64,000 nucleotides of DNA from the NCBI GenBank assembly GCA_013239625.1, contig MU056000.1:13219175-13283174 (forward strand). Direction: 5' to 3'. The notes beneath the pieces were generated by a model that saw only the letters and a program-made list of their open reading frames with translations, had not been told where the DNA came from and did not search any database. Made by a program: the position numbers and the translations under genes. Positions 50,823-63,810 of the stretch are shown here, piece after piece. Positions within the stretch are counted from its first letter, which is position 1. Each line of letters begins with the position of its first letter. Source of the DNA: Lama guanicoe. Taxonomy: Eukaryota.

Positions 50823-53800
50823 CATTATATAGTTCTGTGTTGGCACTTTCAGGTATAACTTTGCATAATAGGTTAGGGCAATCTGTGTGCATCAAACTTA
50901 ATAAAAGTATATCATAGCATTTTGAAAACGATGAGAGTTATACAGTCATCTGTGCCTCTAGAGTTCATCTTAAGCATAATATCAAACACTGAAGCATCCA
51001 AATTTCAGAAATGCAGGTGATATTTTTTAAAAAATTATGTCTCATAAACCATAGTATTCTCACACAAACTATATCTCTTTTGAAAGTTATTACATTATTT
51101 ATTTAACATAAGAGTATACATTTTTAAAAACTATTGAGGAATTAAATTGGGATCTGTAATTACTAGCACAGTTGAATTTAGAGAAAGAAAAAGAAACACA
51201 AAGATCCTGGTCTTGCAGAAGTCACTCACTGCCTAGGCTCACTTTCTCCATCTTGAAAATCAGAATCTACATCCCTTTGTTGGGGTTATTATAAGAATCA
51301 ATTCAGGCCAGGGATAAACACTCTCTTTTTTTAACTTTGTGAATTATAATACATTTATTTTTCTTGTGAGATAAAAAATTACTTTGAATGTCCATACTAC
51401 ACTGAGTTCAGTTTTGGGCATATGAAGCAAACTTATATGCAGCCCCTCCCCTTGATATAATCCTTATTTTGTTTTCTGAATTTAAATTTTGCTTCTTTCT
51501 GGGGATCATTTATGTTCTAGAAGATTGGAACTTTGTTCTCCCAAATTTTGAAACTGTTTTTCCTCAAAGAGACAGTATAGCTGAATGAAAAGAGCCATAC
51601 ATTTGAGGTAAAGGAGTAAATTGACTTCATGATTTGCTTGCTCTATACAATATGAACTCAGTTTCTTAATATATAAACTAGGTATACTGATGCTTATATT
51701 AAAAATGCTCTTTTAGATGTTAGAACTATCAACAATTATATACCTAAGTTGTTAAATGTCTATAAATCATCAAGTACTTATAAAATGCATTCACTGAAAA
51801 ATATAGTTGGAAAATGAAAATGGGAAAGAGAGCTAAAGTCAGTCTTCTTTACAAACTGGATGTTACTAACTTCATTAGGTATGAGGTAAACTGGAATAAA
51901 TTTCAAATTGGTTCATTCACATAACTGACTCCACAACCGACATTTAAATACAAATTTCAAAGTGTTTTAACAATTATGCTATGATCACTGTATCAATGTA
52001 TTTCATAATATAAAAATAGAAAACCCTAATTTTAAATTTGTCCTCAATAATCACCTGATACTTAGAAAAGCATTTAAAGTGGCTTCTGTTTATTCAATTA
52101 TGTCATTCCCATACAACCTATCATTTTGTTCAGCATTGGAAGGAAAGTGTAAACAGCTGGTTCCCATGGTATTTCCTCTCCTTTTGTGGTGTCTGAACAT
52201 TTGCTTTTCTCTAGTCTCAATGCAACATATAATTCAAGATATCATGGTTTATCTAATAACCTGAAATCTGGCTGAGTTGTATGTATCAGATCAAGCACTG
52301 GGACTGCATGCTCAGGGCTGTTTATTGAATAAAAAGCAACGAATATTGATGGAATTCAGAGGAACCAGGAAAATTGGGGTTGATTGTGCATGTCTAAAGG
52401 GCCTTGGTATAAAATCTGATGGCTTCCTTGAATTGAGGTTTTCCTCAAACATTCTGCCTAGTCCTTTATGTACACGCAGGTGCTAAGGACAGGATTACTT
52501 AGGCACGAGATACTATACCTACAATGTTGTATACACTGTATGGTTTCTGGACCAACTGAGTGTGATGTGATGAGTTTGTCACTCTGAAAGCAAGACAGAA
52601 ACACTAATGCTACTTAGAACAGAGTGAACATTGTAGTGCTATATCAATCCCCTAAAATTTCTAAGCTACTTAATAGATATGCATGCATATGCATATAAAT
52701 ATACATACAGATTTTTCCTCTAATATAGCTTTTTACAATATCATTTATTTCCAGATACAGTGTTTCTAAAAATTATTATTAAATGGTGTTGTATCAAGTT
52801 TTGGCCAAAATTGGTTGCCTCTTACTATACTTTGAAACTTTGGCATTCAGAGTAGAGCAGTACAAGTCAAAACATATAGAGAGATTTATTTACACATTGT
52901 GAATATATTATTGCACTCAAAAAGTTGATTCAGTCACTCATATAGTGTACCTGGCTTGATGAGAATGCCAGCAGGGATTTCAAATATCTTGGTAATTGTC
53001 ATAATGGAATTTGAGATACAAGACATTGAGTTGAGAAGCTGAGAAAAATGTATCGAGGCTTAAAATCTATATGAAGCTATTAATTCTGTCTCATTTAACT
53101 CCAGTAATTTTGTATTCAGGAGATCAGGATCTATCAGAATATCTCTAGTAGCTTTGAAACAATAAAGTGCAAGTCTTGAGTTACTGTCAAATCCGATGTT
53201 ATTAAATATACTGAATAGCCCAAAGGACATGGCTGAACCCTGGAATGGTTGGCTTTATCATGAGATTTAATAAGTTGCCTCTTGGTGATACAGTAATAAG
53301 CTTAGCTAGAGTAATTTCCTTTCATAACTTTGTGATTACTAAATGTATAATATATTCATAATTTTTATGGAATCAATTAAAATAATGATCCCTAATCATA
53401 ACCTTCTAAAATTTTCAGTTGAATCAAATCAATTTATTACTACTAAAATTACTTTAATGTGTCTTCTACATTTTTTTTTCCCCTGGGGAAACATTTCATA
53501 AACAAGACTGGAAAGCATCCATGATGGAGACCTATCTGAAAACACATTTCCTAAAAATGTCACTTTTTGAACATCATATCAATGCTCAAATGTGAGATCA
53601 TTTCATTTAACAAATAAATCCAAAGTTAATTCATTTAGTATCTATGATGTGCCAAGCACTCTTCTTCAAGGTGATGTTTAAAGTGTCTGGAGCATCCATA
53701 GATTCTTACTACAAACACAAGGTCATGGTTATCAGGACCTTATACCAGCTTGGATCAAGCAGCATCTTATAAAACCTAATATTGTATTAGATTATTTAAT

Positions 53801-54559
53801 AGTCTCTAATTTTCCCACCTCTCACAAGTTCAACTCTTTTTAATTCATAAGTGAATTGAAGGGCAGTGCCTCATATATGTCGCTTGGAAATTCTTGGCTC
53901 ATAACAAAACATACAGATTCTGGAATCCTCATATTTAGCATTGTGCTTGGAAAAAATCCTGCTTATTTAACTTTCAAAAATTGGAGATGAACTTGTGCAA
54001 AGACTCTTCTTTAAAAACCATAAATGATAGTAGAGTAATAATAGCCAATGGCCTCACCACATTCATTAAGCAGCGTTCTCTTCCTGTGTTCACATGAGCT
54101 ATTTCAAACATACATGGAACAATCCCACTGTTTAATCATGATTTTTCTTAATGCTGTTGCTTCATAAGCCACAAGGAAAAGCAGAAGCCATAAGCCGAGA
54201 ATGTTCTCAACGTACTGCCATCCAACATAAGAACAAAGATTTCTTTATGCTCATTCTTTCCCTGCATCACTCCTTTTTCTCTGGATCAGGTGATTATAAA
54301 ATCTCCAAGAGGATCTGATTTTTCTTGTATTTTGGATCTAGCAGGCATTATTAGCTCTATCAGTAATTGAACTTTCTTAGTCACGGTCCAAATCCTCCAA
54401 ATCTCCAATGAGTTATTCCTTCCATTTTTAGAATTTGCTCAAGTGTCTCATATCCTACTATATGTTCATTTTATTTGAATTCATCACTTTTACACTCACT
54501 CACTTTTCAGCTTAATAATCTCTGACTCACTCCTTATTTAAGTAAAACTTCTTCGAATG

Positions 54560-55330
54560 ATATCTCAAATAAACGCTTCAAATTTAAAGTTAATTGACTC
54601 ATCGTTTTTATCCTACTTGATTTATTGAAAATATAGATACACTTGGCTACTCTATTTCATGAAATATTTTTCTTGGCTTCCACGATACCATACTGCTTTT
54701 CCTTTTTATCTCTGGCATTTCTTTAGTATCTTTCATACATGTTCCTATTTTATGTCCTTAAACATTAATATTTTCTTTATCCTCTTTTATTTCTCAGTTT
54801 AAATTTACTTTGGGGCATTTTTTTTTATTTTCAGATATAACAATATCTATATTTCTAATTAAGTATCTTCTTAAACACATGCTCATATATCCAAATGTCT
54901 AATGAACACCTACCTATCTTACAGTTCTTCAATATAAACATAATGAAAACTATCTCCAACTTTCCTTATTTCAGTGAATAATATATTTTCTCTTTCTATA
55001 AGTTGCCCAAGACAGGAACCTGAAACTCATTTTTGATTCTTAGCTTACATTCATATGCCAAGGTCAATAAAATCAGTCACTGAGTCTTGTAAATATTGTT
55101 TATATCCACCATATTTCTCCACCCACCTGGCACCGTTCCCTAAGCAGTGTTCTCTCCCTTTCTCCACATAAACTACTTCAAACATTCCTTATTGTGTTAC
55201 CCCTCACTACTGAGTTTACTAAATGATCTTTCTATCTTCTTTAATGATCTCCTATGTATTCTCCATAGTGCAGACATAGTGAGCCAGCTAAAAGCAAATG
55301 TGGCCATGACATACCCTTTACCTGCATAAC
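54560..55330 (+). mobile_element. L2 LINE ORF2/3' region remnant
   Basis: 'ttcttggcttccacgatacca', 'gttgcccaagacaggaacctg', 'cagtcactgagtcttgt', 'attctccatagtgcag'. Confidence 0.75.
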
Positions 55331-55820
55331 ACCAATAGCTGGGACTCTAATTCAATGCCATTTCCTCCAATAATTAAAGGTCTTGAGCTTCAGTGCCATT
55401 TTGCTAAAGCATTAGGGGCAGCGTGATTTATTTTATATTTTATGTTTATAAAAAGCAGGAAGGTAGACCAAGGATATGTCACAAGTGTCCCTCTGAAGAG
55501 CCAGCCTCACTCACTCAGTCATATTATCTCCTTTCACCATATTTAGGCTTTCCAACCTACAGCTCAGTTAATGGTTCCCTTGCCCCGTTCGGTGGTGAAT
55601 CACTAGCCAACATGCTGGTTCTCAAGTACCAACTTGGACTTCTTGCAAGAAGAACAAGACTTTTAAAATATTTACTCTATTAATTAGAACAGATAAGGTT
55701 GACTCTGTTGGGACAGTAATATGTGTGAGGAGTAACTCCTCTTTGCATATATGGGTGATCTGTGAACAATAAGGAAGTTAGGGGCATTGTCTGTGCAGTG
55801 AAAAATCTGCATATAACTTA

Positions 55821-55996
55821 TACTTGGCCTCAGTATACACAAGATCTCTATATCCTGATTCTTTCATATCTGTGATCCTGCACCCACAGATTCAACCAAC
55901 ATCAGATGGTGTAGCATCATAGTATACATTTAACAAAAAAATCTGCATACAAATGGACGTGCACAGTTCAGACCCCGGTTGTTCAAGGGTCTGCTG
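55821..55996. mobile_element. Tigger2-derived MITE (Tigger2a/MER8-like)
   Basis: 'cacagattcaaccaac...tggacgtgcacagttcagaccccggttgttcaagggtctgctg' with TA flanks. Confidence 0.85.
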
Positions 55997-56297
55997 TATA
56001 CAACACGCTGCCATTTCATCCCAGGGTGATGCAGAGATGCTCAGTAAAACACCTCTACCAGAGCGCCAAGTGGTAAGTGGAACACCAATAACTTTTATTT
56101 ATTTTTAACTGCAGTCTACTTGAATACAACTTTTCTCAAATTATTTTCAACTACTTTAAATGTTTTTCTTCCCAAGGGCAGTATAAGACTTTCTCATGTT
56201 CATTTTCTGAGTGATGAGAACTTCCGTTATATCATTTCCTCTTTCTTAAAGGTGGGTTCTTGGTGTATATCATGTTCTCTGATGCCTCTGAATCTAC

Positions 56298-56835
56298 TGT
56301 CAAAGCAAAAGTACCAAAGTTAAACAGTCAAGGAACACTTTATTCAAGGCTATTGCAATACTCAGTCAGCTCAGTCTGACCCAAAGGGCTGGAGAGTTTT
56401 TAAGAACTGGAATGGTGAAAGTTCCTAGGCCATCCAGGTATGCAAATTTGCTAATTGCTTCACCCCTCCAACCTTAAAAAAAAAAAAGAAAACTTTTTCT
56501 ATTATCTTCATGCAGGAGGTAGTCTTATAACGTGTAAGAAGATACCCAGAGAAGTTAGCTCTCACCCTCCCATTGAAACTGGGGGGCTGGGGGCTCACAT
56601 CTTTCCTGAGAATTACAGTTCAAAGGGATCGTCCACCTGAGAAGACATTCCTGACTGTAAAACTGACAAGGAGATTTTTACCAAGATTCCCACCTCAAAG
56701 CGGTGAGAAAGATTTATAATGATAAGTTTTCTGAGGTAAATGCTCTAAGAAAAGTGAGGCCAGAGGCCAAGAGCCAGAACGAAGCCCATGTGTAGCTTAG
56801 CCTGACTGAGGCGACCAGGAAGGCCTTCTTGGTCA
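56298..56835 (-). mobile_element. ERV1 solo LTR (MER89-like)
   Basis: TG...CA termini; reverse polyA signal in 'actttattcaaggctattgcaata'; 'gtaaatgctctaagaaaag' block. Confidence 0.8.
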
Positions 56836-57129
56836 CCATCAGTCATGGCTTTTGATACATAAGGAAAATGGGAAATCAGAAAAGTAAGTTTGTCCTTCTC
56901 TGAACAAACATTTCCTTTCATATCTTGTAGTGAATAAAGTTAGAGAAAAACTTTTTGTTGTTGTTCTATATTACCAGTGTAGTTTCAAAGACAATTGGCA
57001 GATGGGGGAGAGAAATCATACAAAAAGGAACGAGAAGAAAAAGAAAAGAAAGTGTAGCATAATTTTATAGTTTAAAAGAATGATCTATTTACAAAAGTCA
57101 GGTTATTTCTACACTACTTACTGGAATTA

Positions 57130-57270
57130 CTTATTCAGTAATCTCCCTTCTAATCTGATGGTAAGCTCTATAAGGGCCAGGAATATCTTGTCCATTTTTT
57201 TCAACTAACCCTGTGTCTGAAATAGAGTAGCTGCTTCAGAATATTAAGGAATAGATGAATAAATCAATGA
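57130..57270 (+). mobile_element. L2 3' end
   Basis: 'gtaagctctataagggccaggaatatcttgtc...gaatagatgaataaat'. Confidence 0.65.
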
Positions 57271-57834
57271 ACTCGTAGAGAACTCCTAAGAGAGAAAACA
57301 ATGTTAGATATATATATTTTAAACATACATCAGAACTCAAAAGCCTGATTGCCTCTCCACCTACTTTTTCTCAAGGCTGTTGGAATACAAGGCTTCATTT
57401 TGATTAATATTTTGTGTCTGAAACACCAGAACTCTGGCAGCTTCATCCATATATTTTGAAATTGTAATTTGTTCTTAGTCCCCTTTTCATGACAGATTGT
57501 TTGACAATATATTTGACAAAGTAGAAGAACCTAATAATCTCCCTGCTCCAAACACCTATACTTGTGAGAGTTGTGTCTTTCTTATTTCTGAATTTTAGAT
57601 GTCTCATAACACATTTATAAAGTTACAATGGGAAAAAAACTTTCTTGTTCTGCCTTGAATGGCTGGATCTGAGATAGCATCTTAAGGCAAACAACGACAA
57701 TTAAAAAAACCTCTTAACAGGTATTCTATGGCAAGCGTGGAATATCCTAATTAGACTCGATGAGGAGATTGTATTATATCTACAGGGAAATGTCCGTGCA
57801 ACTACCTGTCAATTTTAAACGTTCTTTTAGAATT

Positions 57835-58032
57835 ACGACTGTAGATTTAACAAGTGACAGCGTGAGACACCTACTTACATTTCTTTTTCAGATGAGCAAC
57901 AAATAGCATGTCAATATAAGTACATTCCATGCAATATGTGGGATATTTATACTTTTTAGAACATTTGGTTGTTGGGTTTTAATCTGAAATTCAAATTTAC
58001 CTGGAGATCTTGTATTTTATCTGGGAACTCTA
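57835..58032. mobile_element. MER53 palindromic hAT MITE
   Basis: 'tataagtacattccatgcaatatgtgggatatttatact' centre and 'atctgaaattcaaatttacctggagatcttgtattttatctgggaactcta' end. Confidence 0.8.
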
Positions 58033-58051
58033 CTTAGAATGGATATTCAGA

Positions 58052-58191
58052 CGGGAGGGTATAGCTCAGTAGTAGAGTACGCACTTAGCATGTAGGAGGT
58101 TCTGGGTTCAATCCCCAGTACCTCCATTTAAAAATAAATAAACCTAATTACCTTGCCACTCCAAAAAAAAATAGAAAAAAATTTTAAAAAA
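58052..58191 (+). mobile_element. tRNA-derived SINE, camelid Vic-1 type
   Basis: A box TAGCTCAGTAGTAGAG, B box GGTTCAATCCC, A-rich tail; perfect 14-bp TSD AATGGATATTCAGA at 58038-58051 and 58192-58205. Confidence 0.93.
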
Positions 58192-59622
58192 AATGGATAT
58201 TCAGATAACCAGTCTTCTGTGAAGTGATTCAAGGAGGAGAGTAAAATTTTGAGAATCAGACTAATCCAGAATACTGTGATCCAGTCAACGGGAAAGAAAT
58301 AGCTTGCTGACTTCGATAAGAAAGATAAGAATTTTTTAAAATATCTTTTATTTTCTGATCATAAAATTTTCTAGGAATACTGGTTATCCATCATTCTTCT
58401 GTTTGTACTGAATTCAGTTTTAAGAAGGTCCTGGAGGGTATTGGATTACACAGCACAGTCTTAAAATTGCTGCTGTTTTATTCTGATTCATGCGATATAC
58501 AACTGATCAATCCTTGCTAAGAAATGAATTCCCCAGTATGCTTTTTCATTGCCTTTTCAGTGAATTCAGCATATTCTTGAGGTAAGTAATATTTCTTGGC
58601 AAGGAATTATTTACCTCATAGAAATGTCCATATTTTCATTAGTTATAGAAGAATAAAACACATGACAGCTCTAAAAAAAAACTTCTGATAATTTATTATG
58701 GAGTTTTCTTCTTTATTTCTAACTCAATTCAAATGTTTCATGTTAGTAACTGAGTACATTAAAGCTATAATGACATTTAATATAAAGACGATGATTATAT
58801 TCATTTGAATGTTGAGATATGTGCAGGTATGTGTATGTGTATCATATGAACCTCACACAGCCGATTAAATGACAGACTGGATTAACACTATCCACTTACC
58901 TAGAAAATAAGCTTCTTTCACACTTGTACCCAAGCAAAGTAATAGCTTTTTTTTGGTGCTGAATATAATGATCATTTTTTTAAAAGTAGATCTCTAGCCT
59001 TAGAGTCTGCAAGTCGGATCGATGAGGCTTAGTATGACCATGTAACACAGCAAATTAACCAATCCTTTAAAATAAAGTAAGCTAATTTCACTTCCTTATG
59101 CTCTTGTGAACAAACTACTTTTAGCTTTTCCTTCAAATGCAGGAAAGTATAAGCGACGATGCTCCCCAGGACTAGCAGGCAGCACGTCCGTCCCCGCATC
59201 GTCTCCCGCAGGGCTAGATAATGAACGTTTATGCCCACTTCCACAGTGAAGTGATTGGCTTCCATTTATTGTCAGGTCCAATCATGCACAAAGCACTGGC
59301 GTGTTCCCTTGAAATTAAAGCCCAATTATATAAACTGGTTTAAGCTTTGTTTCCTCAGTGGTACCAGAAAATCTCCCTTCCAAAAAATACCTTTCTGTTG
59401 TCTAGTTTAGCACCATTAATTCCTCTGTGCTAAAAACGACTCTCTAGTGAAAATCTTACTTCAGAATACACATATCTTCTAAGCATACCATTCAATGTTC
59501 CAATAGTTTGCCAAGAACTATGAACCCTTAGATCTTTGGAGAATTCGAGATAATTTATATGGTTAGAATCTTTAGGACTTGCTAAAGAAAAAGAAGAACA
59601 TAAGAAAGAATTTCAGGAGGTG

Positions 59623-59771
59623 TTTTTTTTAATTTTTAGAATTATATTTCTTTATTTTTTTGAGGGGGTGGATTAGGTTCATTTACTTATGTTAATGGAG
59701 GTACCGGGGATTGATCCCAGAACCTCATGTGTGGTAATGCACACACCCTACCACTGAGCTATACCCCTCCA
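59623..59771 (-). mobile_element. tRNA-derived SINE, camelid Vic-1 type
   Basis: Reverse head 'ctaccactgagctatacccctcc', T-rich tail, approximate TSD TTTCAGGAGGT/CTCCAGGAGTT. Confidence 0.9.
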
Positions 59772-60999
59772 CTCCAGGAGTTATGATTTAAGCAAATGTG
59801 TCATATTGGTGGCATCTAGGTGAGACGACTGGGAGAAAGCATATTTAAAGACAAGTCTAATCAGATATTCTGTTTGAGCAACGCTACTTTTGAGCTATCT
59901 GTTACACATCAGGTAGGATTTATTCTTGCAGTTTTGCTTGATCTGCACCAAGAGATTAAGTTTTTGTTTCATCCACAGTCAGGTACTTCTTCAAATTTTT
60001 TTATCTGCTCCTTGAAAAGATATTTTGTAGTATCGTTTGTTACTCTCACTGAATAACTTGGGTTCTCCTAGATCAGTTACTTGCAAGGTATTCCTATAGA
60101 GAGCAAGATTGCCAAGGGATTCTTCCAGTTTATCTGGGTTCCACAGCACAAAGGTTTTCTTCTCAGCTTCCTCAAAGATAAAGCTGTTTTCAAGTGTCTT
60201 TTATTTGTGAATATCGACATGGGCTTGTCTTCTCTTCATTTGCCAATTTAATCAAGGAGCTAGGCTCAGAAATAACTTTTACTTTTACTTTCCAACATTG
60301 GGCTCTCAACACTGAAATGTCTCTGAGGCTTCTGTCTTTTTCTGCATGTATTCCCATGCAAATGCAATTGCTTTTTACAACTCTAATATATATTTTATAG
60401 TATGTTGCCTAATTTTGCCCACAATAGACTTTCTAGTTGATTCTCCATTCTCTTGTAAACTTCGAGATGTTTTTTAGGAGAAAAGGAAACATGCTTTGAT
60501 ACAGAGTTTGCTCGTAGTGAAAGTATGAATAATCATCTCTAAGTGTATAATACGGTGAATTAAAAATGCAGCCTGCATACATATTTTAATAATCAGCATG
60601 GTCTAAGTAAAACTTAAGGTTCAGAATAAATATTAGGAGGTGTAATTTTATTTTTTAATAAAATTATAAAGCATATGATACGAGTTTTTGAAAGCTACAA
60701 CCATAATACTGCATATTGATAAAGAAAATAAAGTATAAAAATCTTTCAACCTTTCTCTCTTGAAGCAACACTCCACAGAATATTGACTTAACCCTCACTT
60801 GTTACAATTCATAGTGGATTTTTCCTGACAGCAACTTAGATTTTCTTGTAATTCAAGAGAAGATAATGACACATCTTCCAGTTAAGAAACTGAGAAAAAT
60901 AGACACACACATATACACACAATGAAAAACATCAATAGTAAGATATTATGTCAGCAACATGGTTTGTTTTCTGGCTTGTAATTTTAACAGTTGTTTGAT

Positions 61000-61720
61000 A
61001 CTGAGCAAGCAACTTAGAATGAAATGTTAAAGTGGTCTTAATACTACATATGTTTTATAATAGAGAAAATAACGGATTTAAATGTAGAATACCATCACAT
61101 GTTGTTAAATATATGGAAAAAAATGACATTGACATGAAATAATCAACATAATCTAAACTTGAAATATGTATTTCTTATATATCTATGATCCAGCAACTTC
61201 CCTTCATGGAATCTTGTCAAGAGAAACAACCAAGACAAAGCATGTGATGGTAGTAATAATGGTAAGAGTGATACATCTCAAGCAAACCCTTAGTAAGGCA
61301 GTAACTAAATTATCTACTGTGGATTATCATGCAATTATGAAAAAGACACAAGAATTGTGGATATAATATTTTATACACATATCTTTGCATATATAATTTT
61401 ATTTAGGTATGTATATGCATCAGTGTCAGTGTAAAGCAACATGTTTAGTGTTGAATAAGTTTTTAAAATACTATGTGTATCAAAATGTTTTATGAAAATG
61501 AAAATAAATCTAACCGACATTTTATGTTTTTTGTTTTTATGGATACACATGTATGTTTACAGAAGTGTAGAGAATGTCTGGAAATACATGCTTTAAAGTA
61601 GTTATAATTGTTTTCCCTAATGAGATCGAAAGTCACAGTCAATGGGAAAGTTTGTCTTATCTTGAATAGCGAGCTTATTTAAAGACAGTGATATACTTAT
61701 TGCCCACACAAATAAAAACT
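61000..61720 (+). mobile_element. Ancient L1ME-type 3' remnant
   Basis: 'ctatgatccagcaacttcccttcatggaatc' and 'gaatgtctggaaatacatgc' blocks. Confidence 0.6.
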
Positions 61721-62949
61721 GATTTTAATAAAGGGGAAATGTAATTACTTGAAGATCAGATTTTATTGAATATGGGCGAAGGGTGATAGTATTATTTTGA
61801 TGCAAACCAACACATAAGAACACTATAGCTATTTAAACTTGCCTGATTTGAAATTGAGCTCTTTGGTGTCAGATACCCTCTATATCTGTAACATGGACAT
61901 TTGATTTAATTGGAAACTAATAACGTCTTAAAAATACAAGCAAAAGAAAAAACAACTCTTTGAGTTGAAGAGGAAGCTCAGTCAATCATATTTTTATGAA
62001 AGATACTTAATAGCAGTAGTTTTCAGCCTTAGTTATCAGAATTTTTGTTTTTATCATTTCAATACATTAAGTCATTATGTGAGGAGGAAACAACGTTACT
62101 ATTCTGTAGGCTGTAAGAGAGTCAGTTTTCAGTTACGGACTAATAGTTTGTCTTCTATTTGAAGAGGAAAGTGTCACGTAATTATTACGGCGTGTTTTCC
62201 TTGTTTTCTATTTTAGAAAAGCTCTTTCCTAAGGAAACTGTTTCTGATTTCAGGGAAAATTACCCACGGTAACCTTCCGCCAGTGAGACTGCCGAGAGAA
62301 GAGCGGCATCCGGGCGGATGCTCTGGTTCCTGACGCATACTGGGCCTCCCCACTGATGCTGGTACATAACCTGGTGCATAACCGTTGCTTCAGGTATGTG
62401 GTCACCGTTAGTTTTTATTTTTCTTCAACTTTTCAGATTAATTGTTTAATTACTTCCATTCTACATACTCATTCAAACATCGTTAGTAAGAACACCTACA
62501 ATGTTACGAGGAATTTCTGGAAGGACCTCAGTGGAAGTATGTCCTCAGTGGTTGCAAACATAGCTCTGTAAGGGGGTGGGGTTCCCCGTCCATCTAATCT
62601 ACAGACTAACAGTTCATAATGGGATGTCAGCAGACGCTTGTGAATGAGACTCACCAGGCAGACTGTGTGTTAAAATTATTTTCAAAATAATGGTAAGACT
62701 TTTTTTTCTTTGTTTACTGAATTGATAATTGTCCTGACGGTACAAAAGTAATTGTGGGTAAAATGACTAGTGTCTCAGCCTGAATCATAACACTGGTGCC
62801 ATAATGAGCTAGTGGTCATTGCATTCTTCACTTGACACAGCTGCACAGAAGAAGGGAAGATGGAGAAAGAGAAGATGCAGTGACAGCAGTAGCATCAGCG
62901 GTGGTCAGGTGGTTTCAACTGGGGATTTCTTTTATGTAGCAGAAAAATA

Positions 62950-63810
62950 CCCTCAAATCTTGGGTAGACATACTTTTAATGTGTTGAGTGATGAAATGAA
63001 ATGTACTTATTAAGCACTTCTACTGTATACCAAAGTACAGTTGTCTCTCAAGGAAAATACAGTTCTGTGATTTTCTGGACTGCTGAAATAGCTGTTTTTT
63101 TTTTAATAGAACACTTTTTATTTGAAGGAATGACTGATAGACAAACTATGCTTATTCAGATTTCCGTATTTGGTTACTGATTCTTGAAAATAAGCCAAGT
63201 GAGCATGTCAATTATAGGAAAACAATAAACAGTACTTGTCAGTGATAAAATTTCAGCTTTCAAATAAAAATGGATTTTTTTAGAATTTATATTTTTACCA
63301 CCATATGCTTGTTATTGTACCAAAACAAATAATTTTCTGATCAAATTAACAGAAGGATTTGGCTTTCTAAAAAAATTGTTTAACAAAGTTGATCAACATT
63401 TGGAAGATCTGTAGAATTCACTGAAACGTTACTTTCAAAATGACCTAGACACTGAAACGTTACTTTCAAAATGACCTAGACATGATTCAAAGATCCATTA
63501 AAAATGCAAGCCTGAATAACATTTTTAAAATTATAATCTTGAAAGTTTGTTGATGTGCTTTCAGATTCCACATTAAAACTAAACGTTAATAAGTTAACAC
63601 TTGTTGAATTTGGGTATAGTGTCAAAATAATTATCCAAAATTATCTGATAAGGTTTTAAAACTCCTCCCACCTTTTCTTGCTGCATGTCTGTGTGAGGCC
63701 GGATTCTCTTCCTGTCCTACAAATCAAACAGGATATGCAATGTATTAGAACAAAAGCAGACGTGAAACTCTAGCTGTCATGTAGTAAGTCAGATGTAAAA
63801 TAGATTTGAG
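62950..63810 (+). mobile_element. hAT-Charlie (Charlie1-like) transposase fossil, C-terminal half
   Basis: Reads FNVLSDEM..ALLLYTKV (cf. LCDEM..LLLHTEVRWLS) at the start and LPPFLAACLCEAGFS (cf. LPF.TTYLCE.GFS, hAT dimerisation domain) at about 63665-63710; many stops and frameshifts. Confidence 0.88.
63419..63480. repeat. Perfect 31-bp tandem duplication
   Basis: CACTGAAACGTTACTTTCAAAATGACCTAGA occurs twice in tandem. Confidence 0.97.

Noticed and set aside
58052..58125. tRNA gene (A and B boxes present)
   Set aside because: It continues into a SINE body and A-tail with a 14-bp TSD, and two more copies occur in the window; it is a SINE.
62950..63810. Domesticated hAT (ZBED/Buster-like) gene
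   Set aside because: Many stops and frameshifts plus a frameshifting 31-bp duplication.
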